From assembly GCA_019594305.1 (NCBI GenBank), contig JAFDTZ010000002.1, positions 1 through 41,699 of the forward strand: DNA of 41,699 nucleotides, given 5' to 3'. Made by a program: the position numbers and the translations under genes. Source of the stretch: Thermoplasmata archaeon. Lineage in GTDB: Archaea > Thermoplasmatota > Thermoplasmata > Halarchaeoplasmatales > Halarchaeoplasmataceae. Every line of letters begins with the position of its first letter. The first letter of the stretch is position 1. The notes below the pieces were generated by a model. The model was not told where the DNA came from and made no database searches. It saw only the letters and a list, made by a program, of their open reading frames with translations. Below, piece after piece: positions 9,761-18,907 of this stretch.

Positions 9761-10504
9761 ATGGAAGACCTGAGTGACGTCGAGGTAGTCTTTTTTGATG
9801 TGGACGGTACCCTTTTCGACCAGAGGCTAGCCCATATGATGGCCATCAAGGAGCTGTCCCGGGTATACGAACCCTTTCACGGCGTGGACGTGCAGGAGCT
9901 GGTGTCGGCCTTCAACGTGGCGGATGTGGAGGCCTTCGCTGCCTTCAAGTACGGTATTTCCCTGGATAAGCTCAGGCACGAGAGGAGCGAGAATATTTTG
10001 AGGGCTTTGAAGATAGACACCGCTCATGCAAGTGAATTAACGTCCGTATTCTACGATACCTATCCCCGGATCAATGCGGGATTCAAGGATGCGGACGGTG
10101 TGGTAAAAAAAGCACAGAAGAACCACAAGATAGGTATAATCTCCAACGGAAGCAGAGAAGTACAGTTGATGAAATTGAGAACCTTGAAATTGCGAGACCA
10201 CTTCGAGGTGATGGTTTTTTCCGAAGACCTGGGTTATCGCAAGCCCGATGAGAGAATATTCCTTCATGCGGCGGATGAAATGCAAACCGATACGAGAAAA
10301 TGTTTGTACGTGGGCGATTCCTACCGGGCGGATATATCGGGGGCAGGGAACGCGGGGATGCGCACATGCTGGATAAATCACCACGGAGAGGTGCCCGATG
10401 GGTCCAGCCCGGATATAGAGATAAAGGAGATATCTCAGCTGTTGAATTTTATGACTTCAAGAAGTGATCAAAAATGTACAAAAGACCATCCGACGAAGAA
10501 CTGA
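9761..10504 (+). CDS. HAD-superfamily hydrolase (subfamily IA-like phosphatase)
   Basis: Motif I is [10 protein letters not shown], motif II is ISNGS, and motifs III/IV are K...[16 protein letters not shown]. The TATA-like cgtttaaaacaa lies ~25 nt upstream of the ATG. Confidence 0.7.
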   Translation: MEDLSDVEVVFFDVDGTLFDQRLAHMMAIKELSRVYEPFHGVDVQELVSAFNVADVEAFAAFKYGISLDKLRHERSENILRALKIDTAHASELTSVFYDTYPRINAGFKDADGVVKKAQKNHKIGIISNGSREVQLMKLRTLKLRDHFEVMVFSEDLGYRKPDERIFLHAADEMQTDTRKCLYVGDSYRADISGAGNAGMRTCWINHHGEVPDGSSPDIEIKEISQLLNFMTSRSDQKCTKDHPTKN

Positions 10505-10905
10505 AAAAGAAGCTCACGCCCGACCAGTACGAAGTAATCCGAAACAAAGGTACCGAACCCGCCTTTAGGAACGAGTACTGGAACAATAAACGTGAAGGTA
10601 TCTACGTCGACGTGGTCTCCGGTGAACCCCTCTTTGGTTCCAAGGACAAGTACGACTCGGGATCGGGCTGGCCCAGTTTCACAAAACCACTGGTGCCGGA
10701 CAATATAGTCACCCGGAAGGAGAAGGAGTTATTCGACAACAGAACCGAGGTCAAGAGCAAACATGGTGGATCCCACCTCGGCCACCTCTTCGACGACGGT
10801 CCCTCGCCGGGTGGAAAACGTTACTGCATCAACTCTGCGGCACTTCGGTTCATCCCGAAAGAGGATATGGAAAAAGAGGGTTACGGTGAGTATATATCCG
10901 GATAG
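10474..10905 (+). CDS. msrB: Peptide-methionine (R)-S-oxide reductase, zinc-less form
   Basis: Motifs [15 protein letters not shown] and RYCINS (catalytic Cys) are present. Both CxxC zinc motifs are absent. The gene overlaps the HAD gene by 31 nt. Confidence 0.85.
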   Translation: MYKRPSDEELKKKLTPDQYEVIRNKGTEPAFRNEYWNNKREGIYVDVVSGEPLFGSKDKYDSGSGWPSFTKPLVPDNIVTRKEKELFDNRTEVKSKHGGSHLGHLFDDGPSPGGKRYCINSAALRFIPKEDMEKEGYGEYISG

Positions 10906-11182
10906 TATCTTCTCTACGGCGGTGGACCTCCACCGAGAATAGATCATCTCATAACGGGATTTGACGTGTGATAATGCATTATCTAACCCTATAGGATCAC
11001 ACACGTTCTAGGCATCTCCGGAGTTTCTAGGGCCGTTTTTACGACGCCTTCCGGCCATATCAACAACATCTCTGTTTACAAAATCAGATATAATCCCTTT
11101 CCATATTGCAAGACATGATTTCGGATGACGATAAACGATGTAAGATCTCACACCTAACCTTTTTCGCCCACAAGTTTTTTCG

Positions 11183-12118
11183 TCAATTGATCAAACGTCC
11201 CACAAAGAAGGCGAGTGCCACGGCTATAAAAAAAGCACTGGTCCATCCCACCACCGTCAATAGCACTTTTTTACGCGCAATATTGCCCGTGCCTGCCGCC
11301 ATCCCACTACCGATTATAGCGGTGATGATTACTTGTACAAAGGCGATGGGTACTCCTGCCATGTTCCCCGCTTGTGCCAGAATGATAACCGTGCTCAAGG
11401 TGACTATTGATCTTCTCGGACCTATATTCGAGTAATCAAAAGATATTGCATTTATCACCCTAGGAGAAAGGATCCAGCATCCGATCATCATAGTCGTCCC
11501 GCCCAGTATCAAAAGATAGATCATATCTATTTCCAACACCATCAAGGGTCCGATGGATCTTCCAACCGAATTCGCTCCGGCGTTGAAGGCCAGCAATAGT
11601 CCTAGAACGAGTATTAAGTATCTTAACCGCTTTTCACTGCCTTCATCAGGGATAACGCGTTTAACCAATAAATATAGTATGTAACCCATTACGAAACCTA
11701 TGATCGGCATAAGGAGCCAAAACATGAGGATCATATTAACCGCGTCCCACTGCACACCTATATTGAATCCCAATCCTACTCCGACGATGGCTCCCACTAC
11801 GGTGAAGGCGGTAGGCATAGGGTAATCGGTTAGAGCACTTGCAATTATCAGGGAACTCGCGATAAGTAGGATTATGAGTGCTTGCACGATACCCAAAGGT
11901 TCTCCCAATATACCGGTCCCTATGGTTTCAGTTACTCTTCTACCTTGGAATATGGCACCTAAGAGGGCAGCTAAACCCGCTAGCAGAGCCGAACGCATTA
12001 TACCTGTAGAACCACCGGAGGCAACAGGTCCGAAGACGGATGCGATAGATGAAGCTCCGATAGCTATGCTCATGAATACAGATGCGGATAGAACAGCTAA
12101 AACAAAAATCGATTCCAT
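11183..12118 (-). CDS. PiT (PHO4) family inorganic anion permease with non-canonical signature motifs
   Basis: It is a polytopic membrane protein with two internal PiT-like signatures, IGASSIASVFGPV and AGANSVGRSIGPL, in place of the canonical GANDVAN. Confidence 0.6.
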   Translation of the reverse strand: MESIFVLAVLSASVFMSIAIGASSIASVFGPVASGGSTGIMRSALLAGLAALLGAIFQGRRVTETIGTGILGEPLGIVQALIILLIASSLIIASALTDYPMPTAFTVVGAIVGVGLGFNIGVQWDAVNMILMFWLLMPIIGFVMGYILYLLVKRVIPDEGSEKRLRYLILVLGLLLAFNAGANSVGRSIGPLMVLEIDMIYLLILGGTTMMIGCWILSPRVINAISFDYSNIGPRRSIVTLSTVIILAQAGNMAGVPIAFVQVIITAIIGSGMAAGTGNIARKKVLLTVVGWTSAFFIAVALAFFVGRLIN

Positions 12119-12119
12119 T

Positions 12120-12638
12120 TTATCCTTTAACTATAGTTTTTACCTTATCACGCATAACGGAGTCCGTAAAATTGAATTTGAGCTGGCAATCCTCCTGGCT
12201 TTTGACGTACAGATTGGCAGAAAACCCCACATCATCGAAAAAATAGGGGTTGAATTTTAGCATCATATTTTCGTAAATTATCTTTTCCATCTTGCTGAAA
12301 TATTTAGCCGACCCCAAGTATAGGTCTTTGACCACCTTCGACGTTGCGGTTTTTATCTTACCGGTATCCTCACAATCGGAGATATCATCGACTTTTTTGG
12401 CTAGGCCGTTCTTTTCTAATTCGGAGATGTCCAATCTTGCACCCTCAACGGTCTTCTTTTTGATGTCCTCTTTAGAATCATCACTGCGCGGTCTCCAGTT
12501 GTGATATCTATGTACGGTTTTATCTCTAACCTCGGCTTTCTCGATAACCTTCTCGAAGCCTTTGGCAAAGCCGCAGATCTCTTCCCAATCTCCTTTCATA
12601 CTTACGCCGGAGTGAGTGAACTCGATGCCGGTCGTCAT
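12120..12638 (-). CDS. Hypothetical soluble protein, probably translationally coupled to the PiT-family permease
   Basis: The 172-aa product is charged with no recognisable motif. Its stop codon (12120-12122) lies 1 nt from the permease start (12118). It does not look like the DUF47/PhoU-like partner usually found next to pit genes. Confidence 0.4.
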   Translation of the reverse strand: MTTGIEFTHSGVSMKGDWEEICGFAKGFEKVIEKAEVRDKTVHRYHNWRPRSDDSKEDIKKKTVEGARLDISELEKNGLAKKVDDISDCEDTGKIKTATSKVVKDLYLGSAKYFSKMEKIIYENMMLKFNPYFFDDVGFSANLYVKSQEDCQLKFNFTDSVMRDKVKTIVKG

Positions 12639-12912
12639 ATTACGTCATGTTGACATATCTTGCATATATACTTTGGGGTCTATTGTGGTCAAATTAAAAA
12701 ATAGTATGTAGGAAGTGAAACCGAACAGCATATCTTTCAAGTTTTCGCAAATACGTCTGTCGCTTTTATCGATCACCATTATCATAAGGCCTTTCGGTTT
12801 GACACCCGGGCAGGTAACCATCGTGACGCCGCTATCTTCGAGTGATATCTTGATCTCGAGACAAAATCGAACAATACAAATGTTTTTCTTGTAACAATCA
12901 TATTCATGCCCC

Positions 12913-13341
12913 ATGAGATACGTGATATTGTATTGGTCGAGATACGGAAACGGTGAAAGGATCGTAAAAGAGCTTACAAAAATGTTAAAGTCGAAGGGCT
13001 CAAAAGTTGCCGTATTGAACGCAAAGGAAACCGAACCGCGCAATATACCTGATGCGGATATGTATATCTTCTCCGCTCCCGCTGAGAAGTTCACCATACC
13101 AAAGGACATGAGAAATATGATGAAGGGACTCAAGGGTATGGAGGGCAAGAAATACGGTATGATCAACACTCACGGCATGAAGAGAAACTGGCTGGGCAAG
13201 ATGGAGAAGTTGTTGTCTAAAAAAAAGATGATCAAAGTAGCCGAGATAGATTTCCGTATGGGCGACAATACGGAAAAAGGTGAAGGACTTCGGGACGGAT
13301 GGGTGAGCGAATTGAAGAGTTTTGTTACTAAAATACAATAA
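12913..13341 (+). CDS. Flavodoxin-like fold protein
   Basis: The N-terminus MRYVILYWSRYGNGERI resembles the flavodoxin phosphate-binding loop (Y-x-S-x-x-G-N-T). The size (142 aa) and alternating beta/alpha pattern also fit. Confidence 0.45.
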   Translation: MRYVILYWSRYGNGERIVKELTKMLKSKGSKVAVLNAKETEPRNIPDADMYIFSAPAEKFTIPKDMRNMMKGLKGMEGKKYGMINTHGMKRNWLGKMEKLLSKKKMIKVAEIDFRMGDNTEKGEGLRDGWVSELKSFVTKIQ

Positions 13342-13389
13342 ACTTCCTGAAGGCCATTAAAAAAAGATCCAATATAGGCTGATCACGGT

Positions 13390-14622
13390 TCAGAAATCCC
13401 AATCCGGATGAGGTATGGGGAGCCGAATCGCGTAGTCCAGTTCCTTGAGCAATGAAGGCGGCGCATGGAATTCATCGGTCATAGCCAGGGAGGAAGCGTT
13501 TCGAACGCCAAGCCACATCCTGGTGAAGGCGTTTATCGATGCCTTCAACACAGGGAGTCCCCTTCTTTTGACATGACTTATTCCGGATTCAACTCCTAGA
13601 CTTACAGTGTGATCACCCGAGAGCCCCTTCCACGGTGCATTTTTCTCCATCAATTTTTCGATGGGGTCTCGGAGTGACAGGTTGAAACGTAAAGTGGGGC
13701 CGGGACAACTGAAGGCTTCGATGCACGATTCAAGGTCCAGTATACGCATCTGCCAGTACGCGCTGCTGGTCATCTTGTTCTCGTACTTTGAATCCTTGGT
13801 GATGCGGCGATGTCTGAATGGTCTTCTCAGCATATCTTGGAAATGTATACCCGGAGGCTCCTTCATGACTATCATGTTTATCTGGTCTGATAGTGATTTC
13901 ATCACAGATATCAATTCCATGAACTGTTCCCTGTTTTGGTATGTCATCCATTGAACGATGTATTTGCTATCGTGTAGATTGTCGGCTCTGAAAAATATAT
14001 GATGCGTTAATTCGCCATCGTCATCGTAATATCCCAGGCCGAAACTATTGGTGGGCCAGATCATCTCCAATCTGGTATCGGTCTCATGATTTAAATCCAC
14101 CATACCGTGATGCTTCATACGGTTCAAGCGTGAGCGGTGTACTTTCTTCCAATCATCCTTGGTTATACGCGTTGGTGCCTTCACTAGTTTCTCCGCGATC
14201 AGAGAAGCAGGGTCAAAAAACACCCAGTTCTCGTAGCTTCCCGTCCCGTATCCTAACTGATTATAAAATCCCTGATCGAATATACCCAGGGCCGATAGGT
14301 ATGCTCCGTCGGAAACAGCTTCCGCAATGGCCTTGGCAGTGAGCTTAGCCGCCAATCCCTGCCTCCGGGCCACAGTGCTCGTCAAAACGCTGGCAACCAC
14401 TGAAAGCGGCAATTTTTTCTCTATGTAGTGTAAATCACCCTTTATAGTGGTGACATGACATTCGGGCGTTCCATGGATCTCAGCTACATAGTTACTTCCT
14501 TCAGATCCCAGTAAAATATCGAATATATCCTCCTTACCTTTATCTAGCCACCCGATCTCCTTCCAAATACGCAGAATCGCCTCTCTGTCTTTCTCCGGAT
14601 CGATGTGCCTGAGTATCGTCAT
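13390..14622 (-). CDS. Eis-like GNAT N-acetyltransferase (GNAT plus second GNAT-like plus SCP2-like C-terminal domain)
   Basis: The acetyl-CoA motif RRQGLAAKLTAKAI is present. The ~410 aa length and overall architecture are typical of Eis-family enzymes. Confidence 0.5.
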   Translation of the reverse strand: MTILRHIDPEKDREAILRIWKEIGWLDKGKEDIFDILLGSEGSNYVAEIHGTPECHVTTIKGDLHYIEKKLPLSVVASVLTSTVARRQGLAAKLTAKAIAEAVSDGAYLSALGIFDQGFYNQLGYGTGSYENWVFFDPASLIAEKLVKAPTRITKDDWKKVHRSRLNRMKHHGMVDLNHETDTRLEMIWPTNSFGLGYYDDDGELTHHIFFRADNLHDSKYIVQWMTYQNREQFMELISVMKSLSDQINMIVMKEPPGIHFQDMLRRPFRHRRITKDSKYENKMTSSAYWQMRILDLESCIEAFSCPGPTLRFNLSLRDPIEKLMEKNAPWKGLSGDHTVSLGVESGISHVKRRGLPVLKASINAFTRMWLGVRNASSLAMTDEFHAPPSLLKELDYAIRLPIPHPDWDF

Positions 14623-14657
14623 GGTTGCCGATGTTAGTATGATGTATAATAGATTTT

Positions 14658-17408
14658 TTACTCTTTAAGTTCTTTAAGTATCAACTTCTTTGCACGCTCC
14701 AGTGCAACTCCGGCTCCTTCAACTCGGTTTCCCCCTCCCTGTGCCGTCTTGGCCGTACCGCCGCCCCCGCCGTTTATCTCTTTGGCGGCTTCTCGCAACA
14801 CCTCTCCGATGTCTATTTCTATGTTATCGCTCTTGGAGAATACCAACTGTACCGTGTCAGTGACGGACGCAAGCAGTACCACTCTATCTTCCTCCGAGGT
14901 GATCCTTTCGGCGGCACCCAGCATCTCTTTTACATCTATGTCATCCAAGAGTGAAATCACGAACTCCACACCCCTTTCGACTTCCCCGGGAACCAATCGG
15001 TCAACCAAAGCGAGTGAACGATATTCCTTCAGTTTCTCAAGCTCTTTGCCGCGTTCCTTCCATTCGTTGAAGAACCTTTCAGCGGTTTCAGGTATCCTAT
15101 CCATATCCACATCGAAGGTTTCTGCGGTATCGACCAGCAATTCTTCCATATGCTGGACGTGCTCCACGGCGGCCATTCCCGCCGAGAACATCAATCTAAC
15201 GACACCATCTTGAATCCGCTGGGCACTCAGAATCTTTATCAGTCCGATCTCTCCCGTGCTGTTTACATGGGTCCCCCCGCACGCTTGGGCGTCTAAGTCG
15301 TCCACATCGGATATATGCACCACACGGATTGTATCACTGGCAGGCACGCCGCCCTGGTACAGCTCGAAACCAAACCTTTTTTCCGCCGAATCTCTGGAAA
15401 GGGTTTCCCACTCTACCGGTACATCTTGGAGCACTATCTCGTTGGCCCTGTGTTCGATCTCCTTCAGCTGTTGCCGGGTTACCCGGCGATGATGTGAGAT
15501 ATCCAGCCGGGCATTCTCGGGGCTTTTATGTGCACCTCTCTGCCATATATGTCCACCTAGTATCTCCCTGGCACTGCTGATTATAACGTGGGTAGCCGTA
15601 TGATGCCTTGTGAGGGCTTTCCTACGTTCACCATCGATAATGCACCGGACGGTCTCTCCAACCGGAATGTCACCGTCTATCTCGTGGACGACGACCCCGC
15701 CTTCTTTTCTTACATGGCGAACATCATAGGTATCGGTTTCGGTTACCAACTCACCTATGTCGCACATCTGCCCGCCTCCCTCCGGATAGAAACAGGTTCT
15801 ATCCAGGATGACGTCACTTTCTCTTGAGTAAAGGACTACGGCTTCCGAGGAACAACTGTTGGGATCCTCGTAATACAGCAGTTCCGTATCGGGAACGTTA
15901 TGATCGATTTCGAAATCTTCTTTTTCATCGGTTTCAGGGCTCTCGTGCTTTTGAGCTAATAGAACGTTAAAATCATCGGGTATCTCTACCGTAACCCCCA
16001 ATTCATCGGCCATATCTTTGATTATAGTGGGATGGATACCATGGGTGTCGTAGAATTCGATAAGGCTTTCCAATGGTATGGTCTCGCCTTCCCATCTTTT
16101 CAAAGAGCGTTTGACCAATCGTTTGCCTTTTTCAGTAGTTTCCCGATAGCGTTCTATCTCGTTTTCAAGCATGTCGAAAACAACGGAAGCCCTGGACGTG
16201 TCTATTATATCGGCAAATTTATCCATCTGTTTTTTAACTACTTTAAGTAATGAAATATTTGTATTCAATCGGTCTATGTGTCTGAGTGTGCGGCGTATCA
16301 TCAACCTTGCCAGATATCCCTCTGCCACATTTGATGGTACCACACCGTCGGTAAGCATGAATGCGATGGTTCTGCTGTGGTCTGCGATGGTATAAACCCC
16401 CCTGAGGTCGGTCAGTTGTTTCACCAATTTAGAACGCACGGGGAAGTAACCCCTTTCTTCCATGATCCTCAGCAAGTCGTCCATCAGTTCGTCGTCGGTG
16501 AAATCTTTCTTCAATCTACCTGCGAGTTTGGTGTATTCCCCCAGCATGTAACGATATTCGTGGTCGTCTAGTGGGTGTGAAATACCGCACACTTCACAGA
16601 TATAACCCACGATTTCCGGGTATATGGAGTCGTAAATGGTCGGTGCGCCGTCGGACATCCAAACGTAGCGTTCCAGGCCGTATCCGGTATCCACCACGTT
16701 AAGTGATAATGGCCTGTACGTCTCACCGTTAAGATCCACGTTACCCTTTGGATGTTTCTCCAAATTCATGAACACCAGCGTGGCGATTTCCAATCCTCGA
16801 ACGTTAACTTCAAGAGAGGGTCCGGCGTTTCCGCCGCCTATCCAGGGGTGCTCCTTATACGCGATCTCATCTTCCTCTAGCCCGAGTTCGATAAGCATCT
16901 CATGACAGTATCTGACGGTTTCATCCTTCCAGTAAACATAGTTATCTTCGGAATTGAAGGCATGATGCCCCACCATCTCGAAGCTTGTCATGTGCTTTCC
17001 CGTACGCCCTACCTCTTCCAGGTCCGGCATGCGTATGCAAGGTTGTGAAACTACAAGTGGATTTCCCGGGGGTTCAACGAGTCCCGAAGTTGCGTGGGGC
17101 TGAAAGTCGTAAATACTTGCATGAACCAAGAAAACATCATCCCTCCAGCGGGCAACAACCGGGTATCTTTCCAAAGCAGTATGACCCCTGTCCGCAAAAA
17201 AATCCAAGAAATATCTTCTCATCTCTGCCGTGGTAAATGGACGGTCGAAGGGTGAGTTATCTATGAACGCAAATTCGGTGCAGGGTGAATCCTGGCAAGT
17301 TTCCATGTCCTTATCCAGGGTCCAGAAGGCGTCGCCGCACTCCGTGCAAAGTTTACGTATGAAATTTTTTTCCTTGAAGAAATCAAGTTGATATTCGTCC
17401 TTGAACAT
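14658..17408 (-). CDS. alaS: Alanine--tRNA ligase (archaeal type)
   Basis: The start is set at MFKDEYQLDFFKEKNFIRKLCTECGDAFW (ATG at 17408). The 126 codons upstream in the ORF track are low-complexity and run through the promoter. Editing-domain motifs HHTATH and CGGTHV are present, as is a C-terminal DHHA1-like GGGGG. Confidence 0.9.
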   Translation of the reverse strand: MFKDEYQLDFFKEKNFIRKLCTECGDAFWTLDKDMETCQDSPCTEFAFIDNSPFDRPFTTAEMRRYFLDFFADRGHTALERYPVVARWRDDVFLVHASIYDFQPHATSGLVEPPGNPLVVSQPCIRMPDLEEVGRTGKHMTSFEMVGHHAFNSEDNYVYWKDETVRYCHEMLIELGLEEDEIAYKEHPWIGGGNAGPSLEVNVRGLEIATLVFMNLEKHPKGNVDLNGETYRPLSLNVVDTGYGLERYVWMSDGAPTIYDSIYPEIVGYICEVCGISHPLDDHEYRYMLGEYTKLAGRLKKDFTDDELMDDLLRIMEERGYFPVRSKLVKQLTDLRGVYTIADHSRTIAFMLTDGVVPSNVAEGYLARLMIRRTLRHIDRLNTNISLLKVVKKQMDKFADIIDTSRASVVFDMLENEIERYRETTEKGKRLVKRSLKRWEGETIPLESLIEFYDTHGIHPTIIKDMADELGVTVEIPDDFNVLLAQKHESPETDEKEDFEIDHNVPDTELLYYEDPNSCSSEAVVLYSRESDVILDRTCFYPEGGGQMCDIGELVTETDTYDVRHVRKEGGVVVHEIDGDIPVGETVRCIIDGERRKALTRHHTATHVIISSAREILGGHIWQRGAHKSPENARLDISHHRRVTRQQLKEIEHRANEIVLQDVPVEWETLSRDSAEKRFGFELYQGGVPASDTIRVVHISDVDDLDAQACGGTHVNSTGEIGLIKILSAQRIQDGVVRLMFSAGMAAVEHVQHMEELLVDTAETFDVDMDRIPETAERFFNEWKERGKELEKLKEYRSLALVDRLVPGEVERGVEFVISLLDDIDVKEMLGAAERITSEEDRVVLLASVTDTVQLVFSKSDNIEIDIGEVLREAAKEINGGGGGTAKTAQGGGNRVEGAGVALERAKKLILKELKE

Positions 17409-17429
17409 TGTAAGAATGATTTGTCTTCG

Positions 17430-17439
17430 TATATATAAA
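17430..17439 (-). promoter_or_regulatory. Putative TATA box of alaS
   Basis: The minus strand reads TTTATATATA, ending ~22 nt upstream of the alaS ATG (17408). This is leaderless-type spacing. Confidence 0.4.
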
Positions 17440-17498
17440 GCATTCGCTCTATCAGAATTTAACAAAAGAGCCTTTTTTTTGCCTTTTGTGGGCAAATG

Positions 17499-17509
17499 TT
17501 TTATATATA
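17499..17509 (+). promoter_or_regulatory. Putative TATA box of the ftsZ-secE-spt5-rpl11 cluster
   Basis: The sequence ttttatatata lies ~50 nt upstream of the ftsZ ATG. GGAGAG sits 8 nt upstream of the ATG and could act as a ribosome-binding site. Confidence 0.35.
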
Positions 17510-17556
17510 GGTAAATGTTTACTGCTATCGAATAATAATTTACGGAGAGTATATTG

Positions 17557-18660
17557 ATGGATTCGATTGTAGAAGAAGCCCTATCACGTACAACCACCCG
17601 ACGACCTAGGGAAGAGAAGGCACGAGACGTGCGTGACCTTTCTGCCGATGACCAAGAACTGCAGGAGATTCTTTCCAGCCTGAAGACCGACATAAAGATA
17701 TTCGGTGTCGGCGGAGGCGGTTCCAATACCATCGACAGAATGTCAGATGAAGGTATTTTGGGTGCAAAACTGATTGCCGCGAACACAGATGCACAGCATC
17801 TACTTACCGTTCATGCCCAGAGGAAGATATTACTCGGTAAGAGAAAGACAAGGGGCCTGGGTGCAGGAGCACTACCCCAGGTCGGCGCCGAGGCCGCCGA
17901 AGAAGCGAGAGAAGATATCAGTGCGCTTCTGGAAGGCACGGACCTAGTATTTGTAACGTGTGGTCTGGGCGGAGGTACAGGCACAGGCGCCGCACCTGTC
18001 ATCGCAGAGATAGCAAAGAATCAAGGTGCACTTACGGTAGCGGTTTGCACCACCCCCTTCAAGGCCGAAGGGGGCTCCAGGATGGAGAATGCACGTTGGG
18101 GTTTAGGCAGATTGAAAACCGTTGCGGATACCGTTATTACCATCCCAAATGACAAATTACTCGAACTGGTTCCAAGACTTTCAATCAACAGAGCTTTCAA
18201 GGTGGCCGATGAGGTATTGACCCGCTCGATCAAAGGTATAACCGAGATAGTCACTAAACCGGGCCTGGTGAATCTTGACTTCAATGATCTCAAGACGATC
18301 ATGGAGGGCGCAGGCGTCGCCATGATAGGACTCGGAGAGGACGATTCGGAAAACCGTGCGGAAAAGGCGATAGAGGAAGCTATAAATTCACCTTTGTTAG
18401 AGGTTGATATAAGCCAAGCCAACGCGGCCCTGGTAAATGTAGTGGGTGGTAATGACATGACCATATCGGAGGCCGAGAAGGTAGCGGAGATAGTGGAGAC
18501 AAAGATAGGCGATAACGCAAGGATCATCTGGGGTGCATCTGTTGAACCCACACTTGAGAAATCACTCAGGGTAATGGTGGTTATAACCGGTGTCAAATCG
18601 AAGCAGATATTCGGTCGAGAGTCCGCCTTGGGTAAGCAAAGTATACCGACTGTTGCATGA
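17557..18660 (+). CDS. ftsZ: Cell division GTPase FtsZ
   Basis: Tubulin signature motifs GVGGGGSN and GLGGGTGTGAAPV are present. The ATG at 17557 is preferred over the adjacent TTG at 17554. Confidence 0.9.
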   Translation: MDSIVEEALSRTTTRRPREEKARDVRDLSADDQELQEILSSLKTDIKIFGVGGGGSNTIDRMSDEGILGAKLIAANTDAQHLLTVHAQRKILLGKRKTRGLGAGALPQVGAEAAEEAREDISALLEGTDLVFVTCGLGGGTGTGAAPVIAEIAKNQGALTVAVCTTPFKAEGGSRMENARWGLGRLKTVADTVITIPNDKLLELVPRLSINRAFKVADEVLTRSIKGITEIVTKPGLVNLDFNDLKTIMEGAGVAMIGLGEDDSENRAEKAIEEAINSPLLEVDISQANAALVNVVGGNDMTISEAEKVAEIVETKIGDNARIIWGASVEPTLEKSLRVMVVITGVKSKQIFGRESALGKQSIPTVA

Positions 18661-18670
18661 GGTTAAGCTG

Positions 18671-18904
18671 ATGGACATATTGGAGAGATCCTGGAAGATA
18701 CAGAGGAAGATTGAGGAAAGGGCCGGTAGAGTCGGGAAAGGGAAGTACGGTCGTGTTCTGAAGATGGCCCGAAAGCCGGATTCCGAAGAATACATGAAAA
18801 CCCTTTCAATCTGCCTGATAGGTATATTGCTAATAGGCGGTATAGGTTTTCTCATATACTGGCTTTTCACGAACATCCCAAACTATCTGTCAGTGTATCT
18901 CTAA
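18671..18904 (+). CDS. secE: Preprotein translocase subunit SecE (Sec61 gamma)
   Basis: The start is set at the internal ATG 18671 (MDILER...), giving 77 aa. The conserved KYGRVLKMARKPDSEEY is followed by a single TM helix. It occupies the classical position between ftsZ and spt5. Confidence 0.75.
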   Translation: MDILERSWKIQRKIEERAGRVGKGKYGRVLKMARKPDSEEYMKTLSICLIGILLIGGIGFLIYWLFTNIPNYLSVYL

Positions 18905-18907
18905 AGA

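Noticed and set aside
12645-13169. A 174-aa minus-strand ORF overlaps the flavodoxin-like gene. Its 3' part (12645..12914 or 12645..12821) fills the gap upstream of the 172-aa gene.
   Set aside because: The upstream half is antisense to a well-formed flavodoxin-like CDS. The remaining 58-88 codons have no recognisable motif and would leave no room for the divergent promoters. Because its stop lies only 6 nt from the next gene's start, a short real ORF cannot be fully excluded.
17409-17786. The ORF track extends alaS to 1042 aa (14658..17786), which overlaps the ftsZ start region.
   Set aside because: The extra 126 codons are low-complexity, run through an A/T-rich TATA-containing region and overlap ftsZ on the opposite strand. 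The canonical archaeal AlaRS N-terminus (MFKDEYQLDFF...) starts at the ATG at 17408.
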